A DNA stretch of 63,786 nt, the filler included, from Sphacelaria rigidula (lineage: Eukaryota): NCBI GenBank assembly GCA_964200075.2. It is 9 parts of 9 records of this genome, joined end to end, with 100 filler letters (N's around TTAATTAATTAA, not from the genome) between each part and the next. Parts side by side here need not be neighbours in the genome. Positions count along the whole stretch, not along the records: positions 49,691 to 56,688 come from CAXNAA020017028.1; positions 56,789 to 63,786 come from CAXNAA020017029.1; 7 more parts are not named here. The stretch is one strand, 5' to 3'. Shown here in pieces: positions 51,800-63,786 of this stretch. Within the stretch, counting starts at the first letter, position 1. The number at the start of each line of letters is the position of its first letter. The notes below the pieces were generated by a model. The model did no database searches. It saw only the letters and a program-made list of their open reading frames with translations, and was not told the origin of the DNA. The position numbers and the translations under genes were made by a program.

Positions 51800-53830
51800 A
51801 AATAGGTGGGTGAGTCGGAGGAACGGGAGCTGGTGGACGTCCTGGTGAGCTTTCTCGACACTGGACTGTTCTCCACGGACCCGAAGCAGGTTCTGGTCAC
51901 CATCAACGGTGAGCTAGAACTACCCCTCGTTTACGAGTACTGTACACTATATGCAGCAAATCAACGCTACTTTTTTGCTGGGTAGCGTCACGTAGCGCCC
52001 CAAGAGGTAGACCCGAGACCGCCCGCACAGCACCGATCGAGGTTCCGTGACAGGTATCAGTCCTGGTCATCCGTACAGTCAGCGAACGAACGGAGGTAGG
52101 CGAAGTGCTCTCCCAGGAGGGGAAACTCCTAGTTCATCCGCAGACCTTCAACTAGTGGACACAGTGGCGAATGATTGTGTTCTGCAGGCCCTCACTAACG
52201 CATCCAATCTGAGCCCCAGCAAGGAGACCCTTTGCCGGAACAGGTGCAATCGGAACTGAGAGGAAAACGACTGGCGAAACGGTAGGTGAGAGGCGATGTG
52301 AGTACAAAATAGAAGCGATACCTAGGAGTCGATGATGAGGAGCTGCCGGCGGTTCCAAAAATAATAATAGCCGACCTGCTAGCACTCGTTTACATATTTC
52401 ATGAAAATATAGCAGTAGGCGCCACCCTATCCACGAGGCGTGACCGCTTCCTTTCGTCAACGAGGACGGAAGGTATCAGGCAAGATGTGCTGTCACACGG
52501 TTGCGGGAGGCCCAAGAGACCAAGCAGTCGTCGAACGGCCCTAAGGTAGGGGCGTGCGATAGACCCATTGGACTAGGTGATCAACTTGTCAAATATTGAG
52601 GTAATGTTGCATTCACACACATACATCTACCGGGCAGTTGACATCGCGTCCCGTTTCCCATGTGGTTTTCCACAGCCATCGGAACAAGCCAACGGGGTAG
52701 CCCGTGCCTATGCGGGATGTGCCTAACTTCCGGTGTCCCTCAAACGATTTGCTCAACAGAGACGAAGAGTTTAGCGTGGAGGTAGTCACCCATTTGTGCA
52801 GGTGACCGAAAGAGGACATCGCTTTCCGAAGCATCAGATCTCCCACGCGGTCAGGACGCAGTCGAATAGACCAGGAGGATGGCGGCTGGTCGGAGTTTTG
52901 CAAGTCATGACGTCGGATGGGTGAGCACGTCTCATTGACTCTTTGAATCAAGCGCACATCGCTTGACACGCTGCCTCCCTCTCCGAGTTGCCGTGTCGAC
53001 GCAAAACCACGCACACCTCTAAGCTAACCTACACCTATCTTACAAGAAGCAGAACCGAGTATAGGACTGGACGCTTTTGTAAAACAGCGCAGACAGCACG
53101 TATGCGAGGTAAAACTGGTGATGGATCCGGAGAGTGGGATCTCAACGGGTCCAGATGGCAACGGCAGGAAATTGCAGCACTAGAACACGGTACATTGAAA
53201 ATTAACAAGGATCGATGACGGCACACGGTCTGGAGGTGGTGATGCAAGGACACAAAATACGTACGCATAAGATAGTCCGCCAGATGTCGAACCGCATCTC
53301 GTCACCCGCCTCACCTGAGATATTTAATTACTGACGGGTTCGCCTAGTTTGCCTAAACGCCAGACTTCAAGGCGACGCCAACCTTGAACCCAAACCCTCA
53401 CCTCCTCTCCCTGATAGACCGTCGCGAGTCTTAATCCAGGGGAAAATTCAGGTTTGGAATAGCAAGGAAAGACCCAGGATGGAGCAATGTCAGAGTGGCT
53501 ATAGTCCTTGAAAGCCTCACGCGTCCACGGGTGGGCAAGTTCCACACCCTTCGGCATCTGCACCGCCCAGCCAAGTCATCAATTATTCCATCCCGCCCGA
53601 GCAATTCATGTCTCTCTGTCGCGCAGTGATGCTCTGAACTTGTTCCCCATAGGTTTCGCATTATGAGAGGATTTTGACGGAGATGAGATGAGCAGAAAGG
53701 ACAAATGTTCGACGGCGGCAAACACTTGGGAAGAACAATACGACGACGGAGACTGCGTGGAGTCTTCACGTGAAGAGCTCCAGCAAGTGCCCCAAACGAG
53801 CGAGCCTCGAGCATTGAGCGAACGAAGCAA
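51800..53830 (+). mobile_element. Heavily decayed Ty3/gypsy remnant (pre-RT segment, integrase, C-terminal domains); RT/RNase H apparently deleted
   Basis: Manual translation: ELVDVLVSFLDTGLFSTDP..GELELPL (51805-51985); TLSTRRDRF..VLSHGC (52423-52510); YIYRAVDIASRF, GVPQTICS, EEFSVEVVTHLCR (52622-52805); YDDGD (53739-53753). Confidence 0.75.
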
Positions 53831-54380
53831 AGAAGAGCATTAATATTGTACGAAGGAGATTAGGAGACCGTGTTGTGCTGCACCACGGAAGTAAGCAGCG
53901 TTTTGTATCTTCCTTTCGTTTTAGTGATAAGAAGTAGTTTAGTAATACTTTTTTTCTGCTATCTTCGGGTCTGTATTCTCTCGGGTTTTCCCGTTGATCA
54001 TGAGCTAGGTTATGTATCTTGTTATCGTTTCCGGTTTTATTCATTCACTTTTTAAAGTTTGGTTTTGATTTTTGTGGGACATAGTCTTGCTCGATCTTTT
54101 TTGCCTCGGTTTTTTTCGGGTCAGAATGTGCCCCTCAAGCCCCTTTTTCGTTTTTCTCTGTTCAGTTTACTGGTCTAGATTATATGTGTTCTTTTTTTCC
54201 TCTTCTGTCTTTGTTTCTCTTGCTTTCGTCGGACCTGATTCTCTTTCTCGTGTCAGTTTTTTTTTATTTTGTTTTCAGGTTTCATGATATAGCACCGGTC
54301 GCCCCGGTGGCTCAGTTGGTAACCTCAAAACCTGCTGACGATTGGGACGTGGGTTCAGGTTTCATGATATAGCACCGGTC

Positions 54381-54727
54381 ACCCCGGTGGCTCAGTTGGT
54401 AACCTCAAAACCTGCTGACGATTGGGACGTGGGTTCAATTCTCGAAGCGATCTGGGTTTTTTTCTCACACCATGTCCAACAGTGGAGAGCGACCATGTCG
54501 TGGGTACACAAGATTCGACTTCACTGTCGACGAGGGAAAGGGACTGCTGAACCCCTCTCGCGATAAAAAAATGTAGGCAAGCACCTCAGAAGGAAGTGGG
54601 GTGCTAAACAAAATAAAAAAGCTCCTGTGTTGATCTTCCTCCTGTGTGATCCCGGCTGATGCGCCCACATATACCGAAAGGTGTAGTCCGGCGTCCAGAG
54701 TAGTTGGGACGACAACACACAACACAC
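54381..54727 (+). mobile_element. tRNA-derived SINE with (CA)-rich tail; its head is tandemly duplicated (80-bp unit 54274-54353)
   Basis: Pol III A box TGGCTCAGTTGG and B box GGTTCAATTCT; 3' end GGGACGACAACACAC is shared with 61280-61355. Confidence 0.75.
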
Positions 54728-57700
54728 ATGATTTGGTTTCCCGCATTATGGACCTGGGATGGTATTTCTACTTTTGTTTCATGTGTCGTTTTCCTTTTCC
54801 CGTCCCTCCTTTTTTCTTGCGGGCCTGCTTTGCTCCTCTAGCACTATTTTTCGGTTCCTCTTTTCCTCTTCACGTTTTCGCGGAGTCGATCTTGCTCCGC
54901 CTTTTTTTCCGGTCTTGCATTCCATGGAGATTACTATTATTACTTTTTCTCTTGATTTTGTTAGACCTGATCCTACCCTTTATTTCAGGTACCCGGTCCG
55001 TTCATCAAGTTTCTTTGCCCTCGAGGAACTTTGATCCGACTTTAGGGCGCCCCACCCTTCCCATGTAGAGATATTTATGCGTCAGCATTGCACAATAGGG
55101 TGGGCACCGAGTACCTGCTGGGACACTGTATCGTGACTAAGCTGTTGATCTACGATATAGTCCCCCAGTGTTCAGTGGCTGGTACTGTTCTGTAGGAGAA
55201 AAAAGCGTGCAGCACTCCCATCAACTAGTGAACGCTCTTGGGGCTATTATTAGTGGGTCAACTTTATGTGAGTCCTACACTACCCAGGATTGGTGTAACC
55301 AATCAGGGGTATCTAAGCGCCGTTACTATCTGAAAATAATCACATTCTATTTTCGATGGTTTCTCTTCTCCAGCCTGAGATCCCGGGAAGACAGGACACA
55401 TGCGACAGCAGTCGCTGTGAGCTGAAAGGGCGTGAGAGATTCCCCCCCCCAAGCGATGAGGCTCTTTTGCCCAATACCAGGTTTTGCCCATCTTCTGATT
55501 TCATGACAAGTTTCTCCCGTGGTTAACCCTAGCCCCGAAATTCTGCGGTGTTCTAGTCGTTGGCGTGGTATTAGGCTGATAGCATAGAGACTTCAGTGAA
55601 TCACCCCCGCAGTGAATTGTGCTGTGACTTTCCTCGTCTTACATGAGCAGCATGCACAAAGCAAGGGAGGGGGGTGTTACTGCGGATATCGGCTGTAAAT
55701 CTCGTAGGCGTTTCAAAGTGCTCGTGGAATATGCAGTAGGCTTTATTCCATTCGCATATTAGTGTTGTGTTCCAATTTGGCGTGCTCCACCCGGGCCCTT
55801 GGCACCTCACAACTTCCAGCTACCTAGCACAGTCGTTTAGCTACATAGCAGCGCCTAATAACAAAAGCTATCAGCCATCACTTGGAGACATCTCGCTTGC
55901 AAGCAAGTCAAGAGCACTTCTATGCACGTGAAAGTGAGTCTATGTTCTGCCTTACGATGCAGTGCTGGTTTAGACTCAAGGGTCTGTGAGCCACAAGCTG
56001 TAGAGTTACTCCACTCGACTGCAGTTATTCATTGCAGCTAGCCGTTTGCTTCGTACAACCCCTGGCCTGGTATGTTCCTTGAGAGTGATACCCTTATCTG
56101 CTCGTGGCCAGACCACAACACCTTAACCCAGACCTGTTGTCGGAGTTGTTCTTGTGTCGTCCTTCCTCCCAAATTTCGCCAGTAAAACATGGCGGATGCT
56201 TCCCTGGATTTCATGCGCTGTATATTCGATATGCACGTCGTTACGCACGTTTCACGAGAAGAGCTCGTGACAAGGAACCTCCCTATGGCTATCCTCCAGT
56301 CAAAGACAAGGGAGCCATTCAAAAGTAGGGGGAGAGGATCGGGGGGGGGCGGGGGGGGGGGGGGGGTTTACTCATGATCTTGAATGCCGTAATCATAAGA
56401 TAATGGATCTCGTATCCCTACAAACTCGGGACGAAGCATGCCGGGTTGTCGCCGGACCAGGCTTGCAATCAACAACCGTGCGCGAAGCGCCGCGATGTGT
56501 TCACGTGTCGTATGAAGGGTGAGCTGCATCCTGCTGAGATTGATCAGCCCGAAGAGGGTGGATGGGTGGGTGGGTGGGGGTGTACTCATGATCATGCATG
56601 CCATAGTCATTAGACCATTGGCCTCGCATCCCTACAAAGCCGGGACGGAGCACGCTGGCTTTTTCGCCGTACGAGGCTCGCACTCAATNNNNNNNNNNNN
56701 NNNNNNNNNNNNNNNNNNNNNNNNNNNNNNNNTTAATTAATTAANNNNNNNNNNNNNNNNNNNNNNNNNNNNNNNNNNNNNNNNNNNNTAGCGCCACCGC
56801 TACGGCCTCAAACAAAAATCCGGCTATGTCACCTTCTTCGTCTCTTCATTGCGGTCAGTATGATACCATATATGCGACTATTGGGTGCGTATTGCGGAAG
56901 GCATTTGCTGATGACACAATTTTGGGTCATCACCGTGAACCAGCCTGTACGACCATCCCCTTTGCGCGGAGTTCATCACCACCCCGCACAGTATACTATG
57001 ATGCTCTCACTCGATCACCAGCATGGTTACCGCAAAAAAAAAAAACGCAAGCGAGAAAACAAGCGGTAACCTGGTGGCCTAGCCTACGCAGTGAGGGGCG
57101 TATTCCGCAGCGTCATTGCCAACCAACGTCAACCCTTGACGGAAGGGGGAGCGATCGAGGTCTGCTTCAGCGTTTTCCAAAACATGTAGCGTAAGCAAGA
57201 AAACACCTCACAGGCCCCTCCTTACAATCCTGTCGATGAAAATAAGAAAATATTCACCAATACTTCTTCCACCAGAACGGCGCATTACCGGCCATCTACG
57301 CTTATGCGATGAACACGGGATGCTGACAAATAAGAACGAGATTTTACTACAGAGACGTGTGACGCCAGCCAGAAGAACTGGTGGATCACTGCTGTTGAAG
57401 GACTCCCCAGTCTTACTCGCCTTAGCTTCAGTTGTCAGCCTTCACAACATTTCATTATCACGGACTGCCCTACCAGGCACCAGCCTTCTAGACCCGCAGG
57501 GTATCCTCCCCGTGTCCCCGGTCATTATCCAGAATCCTCCCAAAATCCTGCAGAATCCGCGTGCCCCCCTTCATCATCCATATCATCACTACCAACTCAA
57601 CGTAACGGCGTATTTTCGTTTCAGCACCTCCGAAGCGCGTTGGACGAAAATCGATCAACAAGCTTGGCACATGGAAAACGCCAAAACGATGAGTAAGTCA

Positions 57701-58626
57701 CAACTGAATACCAAACTCACTTGTATTGCGAGCAGCAACGGCACGAGTCACGCGCAATTCACGCAACTCCTTCGTGAGAAATTCCAGAGCGGCCTCAAAA
57801 ATATCCTTGAAAGGCGCCCACGCACGCTCCCCAACTTCGAAACCAACCCAGTCGACCAACACGATCAACGATCGATCGAACGTTAGCTTTGATGGTCCCC
57901 AGTTGCAATACTATATACAATTTCCACCTCCGTTCATTTCCATAGAAAAATCTCGTTCCTTTTTTTTCAAACGTTTTGATGAAAATTGATTTGTCCAGGA
58001 TTTACTCACCTTCAGTGTTTTTGATTCGTACCACACGAATCCATCAATCCTTAGGCTTTGTTTTCAGCATTGCACCCCAGGTACGCACACCCCAGGCACG
58101 TGGAATAGAGCAATGAATGCGTGAAGACTTTTTCGACACGCGATCAACTTTTTCCCTCTTCCGAGTAATCAGGCCCCAGAATTGGTATATTCTGTTAGTC
58201 TGACGAGTAATGATTCGTCCGACCCTTGGATTTTTCAGGATTCCGTATTTGCGGTCATCCTCCAAAAACTGGCTGCGGTCATCCTCCAAAAACGTGCTGT
58301 TAGAGGTCGGATTCTTAGAACAGAGCAGATGGCTGCGAGCGCAATGTTCGTTCTGGGGTGAGCAAAGCGTATTGGGGTAAAAGGAATCACGAATCATGGA
58401 CATTATAGAAATCGCTCCGTTTTGTTCTAAAAATATATTGACAGCATCTCACCTTTTGTGTTGACCACGTCCGTAGACGGCAATTTCTGGACATGCTTGC
58501 ATCACTACACTACTCGTTATCAATGAACACTCTACAATTATGACAAGAACAGTTTGAAGGGCTTGAAGCCTGACGAGGGAAAAACATAAAAATAAAGGAG
58601 GGGACAAAAAAGCTGCGCCCGCTCAC

Positions 58627-58696
58627 CTTCACGACGCCACCACCTCGGCCCACAAAACTCATAAACAAAGCGTCTAAGCTCTCCGCCACCCGTGTT
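58627..58696 (-). CDS. DUF1995-family protein, probable third visible exon
   Basis: CAG|A TRVAESLDALFMSFVGRGGGVVK|GTGAGC; phase 2 matches the donor at 60018. Confidence 0.6.
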
Positions 58697-59685
58697 CTGT
58701 GCTCGTCCAATCAGGATAGCCGAGTTGCGGTGGGTTTCATTACATTTTATTTCATTTTTTTTTCCCGCCAAACCATGTCGGTGTCCGCATCGGCGTCCCC
58801 CACCACGGCCATGCCATGATTAGCAGCAGCAAAAAAAAAAAAAGAGGTGAACGAGCAAACGACCCGCCGATGGCAAAAAAGAAGAGGAGAAAAAAGGTAA
58901 AAATCATTGTTTACAGGGACTGCAATTATTTTGATAGCAAACAAAGTGTACGATCATCGTCCATGCTACTATCAATAAACAATCTGGGTACGCTTGTTGT
59001 TTGACGGAACAAGTGGTCAGTGTCTTCATACTTCCATCATTGACAGTCACATTGTGTTTGTCGATGATCAAAAATCCGGCGGCGATCACATTCATCTTAT
59101 GCCATTTACTATCCATGGTATGTTTGGTCGTGAAACCCGTCGTTCGACTGCCACTTCTTGCTTGTTTTTGTTTTTTTTTCGGGGGGGGGGGGGCGGACGG
59201 GAAACTTTGAACTACAGGAAGCATCATTTGCACGTTCAAAACCAAGTAAAGGAAACCTTTACACTCGGCACACAAAAATGTTCACACCCTACACACACGG
59301 ACTCACTGGCTAACAACAATTTTCACAAACAAATATTTTTCCAATATCCACGGCTGTCAAAAAACAACTTCGAGCGCGAGCCCGCATTTTCGGAGCATTG
59401 ACATTATCGCCGGCTGACCTCCAGGCGACGATATCCCCGACGCTTCAATAGACGCGGAAGCTCTTCCCTATTTGCGAGCGAGCTCCTAGCATATATTATC
59501 TACACTGCACCACTATAGTGCGGTCATGCCGAGCTATTTTAGTGATGCACCGCACCATGCTGGGACCCCCGTCGTATCTGCACTTTGACTGCAAAGCAGT
59601 CACGTAATCTTTACAACTGCAAGAGTATTGCTAGGAAATATATATATATATATATAAACATGAAAAAACAACCACCACACAATAG

Positions 59686-59762
59686 TTGGTTGATTGGTTG
59701 ATTGATTAAATGATTAATGAATTGATTGATATGACTGATTGTCGCACATTAACTGATCCTCG
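59686..59762 (-). repeat. Extreme 3' tail remnant of an RTE LINE
   Basis: (TTGA)n followed by TTGTCGCACATTAACTGA, as at 70-102. Confidence 0.75.
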
Positions 59763-60017
59763 ATGGACGCAGGTGTCGTCAGAAAATGGATACTTCGAAC
59801 GTGAACACAAGACGCGAGCGCTCACCAAAACGGAGCACGCAGTGGCAAGCAGACAGCATAACAACAGCAGACCGGTAGGTTCCTCATTCGCAGCAAAATG
59901 ATGAATGGCTAATAGATCGTGGTTCAGGGTTATTAATGGTCAATGACGAACAATGAATCATAGATGGTAAGGTGTGATGGGTTGCAACGTCTCATCATTT
60001 TCGGAACAATTACTAAC

Positions 60018-60127
60018 CCGCTCTCACGGAGGGTTCGCAAGGTGACGCCCTTGGAGATCTCCACCCCGCCCTCATCCTCCGCTGCCCTATCCATCTCGTC
60101 CTCATCAGGAAACAGCACCGCTACTTC
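60018..60127 (-). CDS. DUF1995-family protein, exon
   Basis: CAG|EVAVLFPDEDEMDRAAED...RES|GTTAGT; the 'FPD' motif follows the EVEFPP exon in phase 0. Confidence 0.75.
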
Positions 60128-61279
60128 CTGGGAATACCACCGGAATCACAAAGTAGGAGATGACACGCGGGAACAGCATCAGCGTTAACTTCCCCGGAAA
60201 GACTTGTGGCGATTCGTAGTTGAGGTGAGTTCACCAGACGGTTCGGGGTGAATGCCCAAAACTTATTCTACACTACAGTAGATACAGAACGCGCAACTGA
60301 CCCGATCGAAACATATTTGGAATTGTAGTGACCCCCACGAGCAAGCGAACAGTGTGCCGTATCCACAAGTTTTTCTTGCGGTCTTTGCCGTGGCGCTAGT
60401 AGTGAATGTTGCCATGTTTCTTGGCCAATAAGGGGCCTTCAAACAGTTATCTGAAGTTGTAAATATGAATTCCCGACACAATTTCTACACAACCTCATCA
60501 CGATTCAAACTTTAGCAACCGCGATCAGCTAGGGAATCTGACGAAAAAAATACATACTTGAAAATGGTTTGTTTGGGATCGAGTGATACCCCAAACCGTA
60601 GTATTTCGGCGATGTAAGGCTTTCGCGTCGTCAGATTTCTCCTGGTAACATGCATCAAAGACCCAGAAAGCCTTTTGACGGTTTCCCTCATACCTGTCGA
60701 AGAAAAGCTTCGACGATCCTCACACTCGGCAAATTGGGAGATACGAGTGCTCTAGATGGAAAAAAAATTGCTCAAGATATATTCAAAGGTTAATCAGCTC
60801 TCTACCCTACCGGCTTCCGGGGGTCCGGGTGTGACGACCCCCCAGAAACAGGTACAGAATGCCTCAGTATGACGAATGTAACTTTTACGCGTCCGGAGGT
60901 ATTTCAAGTAGCGTTTGCACAAAGTTTCGTTGCGTAACTCGAAGTGTTCATCCTAAACGATCGACGCAAGTTTAAACGCACAACAAAATGATCGGTTTGA
61001 AACTAGAATCAAGTAATTGACGTATTTAGCAGATTACTCTGTGCACTTCGCCCCGCGAAGGGGGCAATTGCTCCTGCGGAGTTTTGGCGTTTGACCCCGA
61101 AATTATTCAGACGTGTACGATGGCATCTCGCGAAACTTTCATCACGTATTTTTCTTTTTCCGCCAGACATCCGGGGTCCGACGAAACCACATGGTCTCCA
61201 GGACACCGGATATCTGGCGAAGGGAAAAATGAGTTGGAAAAAAGAAGAATGTTTGTTGTAAGATTCCAAATATTCCGCG

Positions 61280-61355
61280 GGTGGTGCGCCCACGTACACC
61301 GAGAGGGGTAGACCGGCATCCAGAATAGATGGGACGACAACATACACACACACAC
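61280..61355 (+). repeat. SINE/LINE 3' tail shared with 54655-54727
   Basis: TGCGCCCAC.TA.ACCGA.AGG.GTAG.CCGGC.TCCAGA.TAG.TGGGACGACAACA(CA)n. Confidence 0.75.
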
Positions 61356-61620
61356 GTGCGCAAAATTTGAGCGTGACTCCAGAAACCCGCGAGAGAAATC
61401 GCGGGAAAATAAATTTTGGGTGTTCAACCTGAACCAGCCTGTCTCTCGTGACGGACGCTCTGCTCTCGACTGGTAGAGGGCCAGTCAATGTGGGAAAATC
61501 AATCGAACCAATCGCATCCATAGATTTAAAACAATGGAGAACCTGATCGAACCATAGGGTGGTGGCACATGTTCTGTGAGTTCCGGCACCCGCCCCCTTC
61601 CCACTGTTGTCGTTTCTTGG

Positions 61621-61652
61621 CCTTCCCTTCCCTTCCCTTCCCTTCCCTTCCC
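61621..61652 (+). repeat. (CCTTC)n microsatellite, possibly a retroposon tail
   Basis: About 6 perfect pentamer units. Confidence 0.8.
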
Positions 61653-62084
61653 AGGGCAATCTCGTACGGGTCTTAAGGGGAGAAGAATATCTCATACTGT
61701 TATCATCGTACACGCCTCGATATTATGTCGTCGTGAATTGATTGAATCGACATCACTTCAGCACTTAATCAAACCTTCGTTGAGTCTTGTATTCCAGCTG
61801 ACTACGCATAGCAGCTTCATGTTTTGGATGAGGAGTACCCCGTCCTCGATTTAGTCGTCGAGCTTCCAACATGTCGCCGGGTACAGGCATGGAAAGAGGC
61901 TACTTCAGGTACTCTCAACTGCCTCAACCAAGGACTGCATGAGGCTATTTTCGAGCGACGACTCGGCCGAACCCCCCCTTACCCCCCGCGAAAAGAGATG
62001 GTTCAAGATAACGCACAGTGCTAGCAATACCAACAAGAATTGCACACGCATGATCACAACAACAGTAAAAACATTGACAGTAAA

Positions 62085-62131
62085 AACAACGACAACGACA
62101 ACGACGACAACAACAACAACAACAACAACAA
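62085..62131 (+). repeat. (AAC/GAC)n microsatellite
   Basis: Seen directly. Confidence 0.85.
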
Positions 62132-62195
62132 TGAGTACAAATGTGGGAGGCTGTGTTTGCGCGTTAGTGGGGTCGTCGGCCGCACGCTTGCTCAC

Positions 62196-62363
62196 CTTCC
62201 CTTGGGCCGCAAAGCTCTGAGCGAAGCGGGTAGCCAAACGAACGTTGGCGCTAGATACATCGTACGCAGAGCTGCCCGAGTCCTCCAAAAAGTCTGTCTG
62301 TAGAGGAGGGAACTCTACCTCGACCAGATTCAACCCGTCTGCAAAGGCCTGCTCGGTCGCAGC
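62196..62363 (-). CDS. DUF1995-family (LPA3-like) protein, exon
   Basis: AATEQAFADGLNLVEVEFPPL...ANVRLA matches the DG..L.EVEFPP signature; CAG/GTGAGC phase-0 boundaries, 168 nt. Confidence 0.8.
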
Positions 62364-63786
62364 CTGTTTTTTTGGTATTTGTCGTCGTTTCGGCATCCGC
62401 GACCACGGGCAAGGAGGCAGGGGAGGAGGGGGGGGGGGCGTACTCATTTGTTGCTTGCCCTAGTCATTTGACCATTGACCACGCATCCCTTTCGAGACGG
62501 AGCATGGGGAGGGGGGGGGGGGTGTCGAGTTCAACCGAGGATGGGAATACAGTAGTCCTTCGGTGAGCTCGCCTGTTGGTGGTACACCATGTCAAGGTTG
62601 TGTCCTTTAGGACATACCGCCTGAAATTAGGGTATATGCAGAGGTATAAATGATATGTTTTATCGGTAAATGTCCTTCCGAACAGAACCATACCGGAGTG
62701 TTCGCACTCATACCCTGCCCAACAATACCGGAATGTTCGGTACACATTTCGGTACGGCTTATTAGTATCAACTAAAATCTCCCACTTCCGGGTATATACC
62801 TTATCTATACAGGACACAAACTTGCACTATGATGTTGCAGAAACGAGTTAATCGACGCAAACATCAAATTCCTTCATACAGTCGGTTTTTGAGTATGAAA
62901 AGTGAAAAGTGAAAATTGCGGTGTGTAGGTATGTACTGTGTGCTCAGGGACCACATTTGACCGACCCCTGAAAAAATGACTGAATGGCTGACCGACTAGC
63001 AGAACTCTAAACTCTACTCTAGAAGGGGGGGCGGGGGGGGAGCGGGGTCATGCCATGGCCCACCCAACACTTGCAGACCACAGCCATGGGAAAAAATGCT
63101 CGTGAGGGAAGGACCTTATTCAGAGCATGGGGTAGGTACACTACTTTCGGCATGCTCAAGTGAGGCACACATGTTTGTTTTTTTCCGACAATCTTCTACA
63201 AGAACCTTTCGCGTTCCTCGGGAAGAGTCCGTGGCTTTCAAGGGAACAAATCATCCTTTTCCCTCCTCGGTACACGGCTTGCAACCACAGTATCGCGTGC
63301 AGGATCACCACTCCCGCAACGTGTCCACTCACGCCAAGTGACGTACTTGTACTTTTCACGTTCTCATGTTTTCAACGTCAACCGCAGCAATAACCTAATT
63401 TTTGTTAAGGGAAAAATCAAACGTATTTTGCCGTGAATCAAACCCACATTAGAGTACTAGCGCCATAGCTCCCCCGCATAAACCAGCCCCGAATCTGTCA
63501 GGAAAAAAATGTCCATATTGTGCATGGTGGTTGGTTTCAGACTGCACGGAGTGCCTCATGTGAACGACACTGGCGAAAATGATCCCAAGCGCGTGAGTTC
63601 CCAGGTGCTCGGCGTGCGTGACTTCGGTCATTTTGATTCACATGTAAAAAAGCCATCTCAAACCTATCACGTTCCTGCCTGCCGGGGTGGGTGGGGGGGG
63701 GGGGGGGAGGGGGCACGCATTTGTTGCGCGCCCTGGTTGGGTGGCGGTGGACAGCGCCCGTGGGGTCGTTCGCCGTGGGGGGGGGG

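Noticed and set aside
52613..53014. Minus-strand 133-aa ORF considered as a DIRS-type RT
   Set aside because: The plus strand carries clearer gypsy integrase motifs; this ORF is its shadow.
54381..54452. tRNA gene
   Set aside because: A and B boxes are present, but there is no proper acceptor or anticodon stem and it continues into a repeat body, so it is a SINE head.
57236..57886. 216-aa ORF
   Set aside because: No recognisable motif; it lies antisense and downstream of the DUF1995 exons, so a gene call cannot be supported.
61700..62050. Possible coding remnant in the DUF1995 intron
   Set aside because: Short broken frames with no identifiable motif.

Overview
Eukaryotic, repeat-rich DNA. 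It is most consistent with a brown alga or related stramenopile; this is inferred from kb-long GT-AG introns, intermediate GC and TE style. The window is not contiguous. It is nine unrelated contigs of 6998-6999 bp (1-6999, 7100-14098, 14199-21197, 21298-28296, 28397-35394, 35495-42492, 42593-49590, 49691-56688, 56789-63786) joined by artificial 100-bp N44-TTAATTAATTAA-N44 spacers. Mobile DNA: a near full-length decayed RTE-type LINE plus truncated RTE 3' ends, two decayed Ty3/gypsy and two decayed Ty1/copia elements, MITEs with recognisable TIR/TSD (Tc1-mariner, Stowaway-like, hAT, piggyBac), a tRNA-derived SINE, foldback elements and tandem arrays. Three partial spliced host genes: an Ulp1/SENP (C48) protease with a long N-terminal extension, an IQ-motif plus single-alpha-helix protein, and a DUF1995-family protein. 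Best leads: both gypsy integrases carry an extra Tudor/SH3-barrel-like domain after a chromodomain-like segment, and one of these domains recurs in an unrelated contig; the Ulp1 protein appears to have a degenerate USP-like N-terminal domain. No CRISPR array, rRNA or genuine tRNA was found. All domain calls are from motif recognition by eye.
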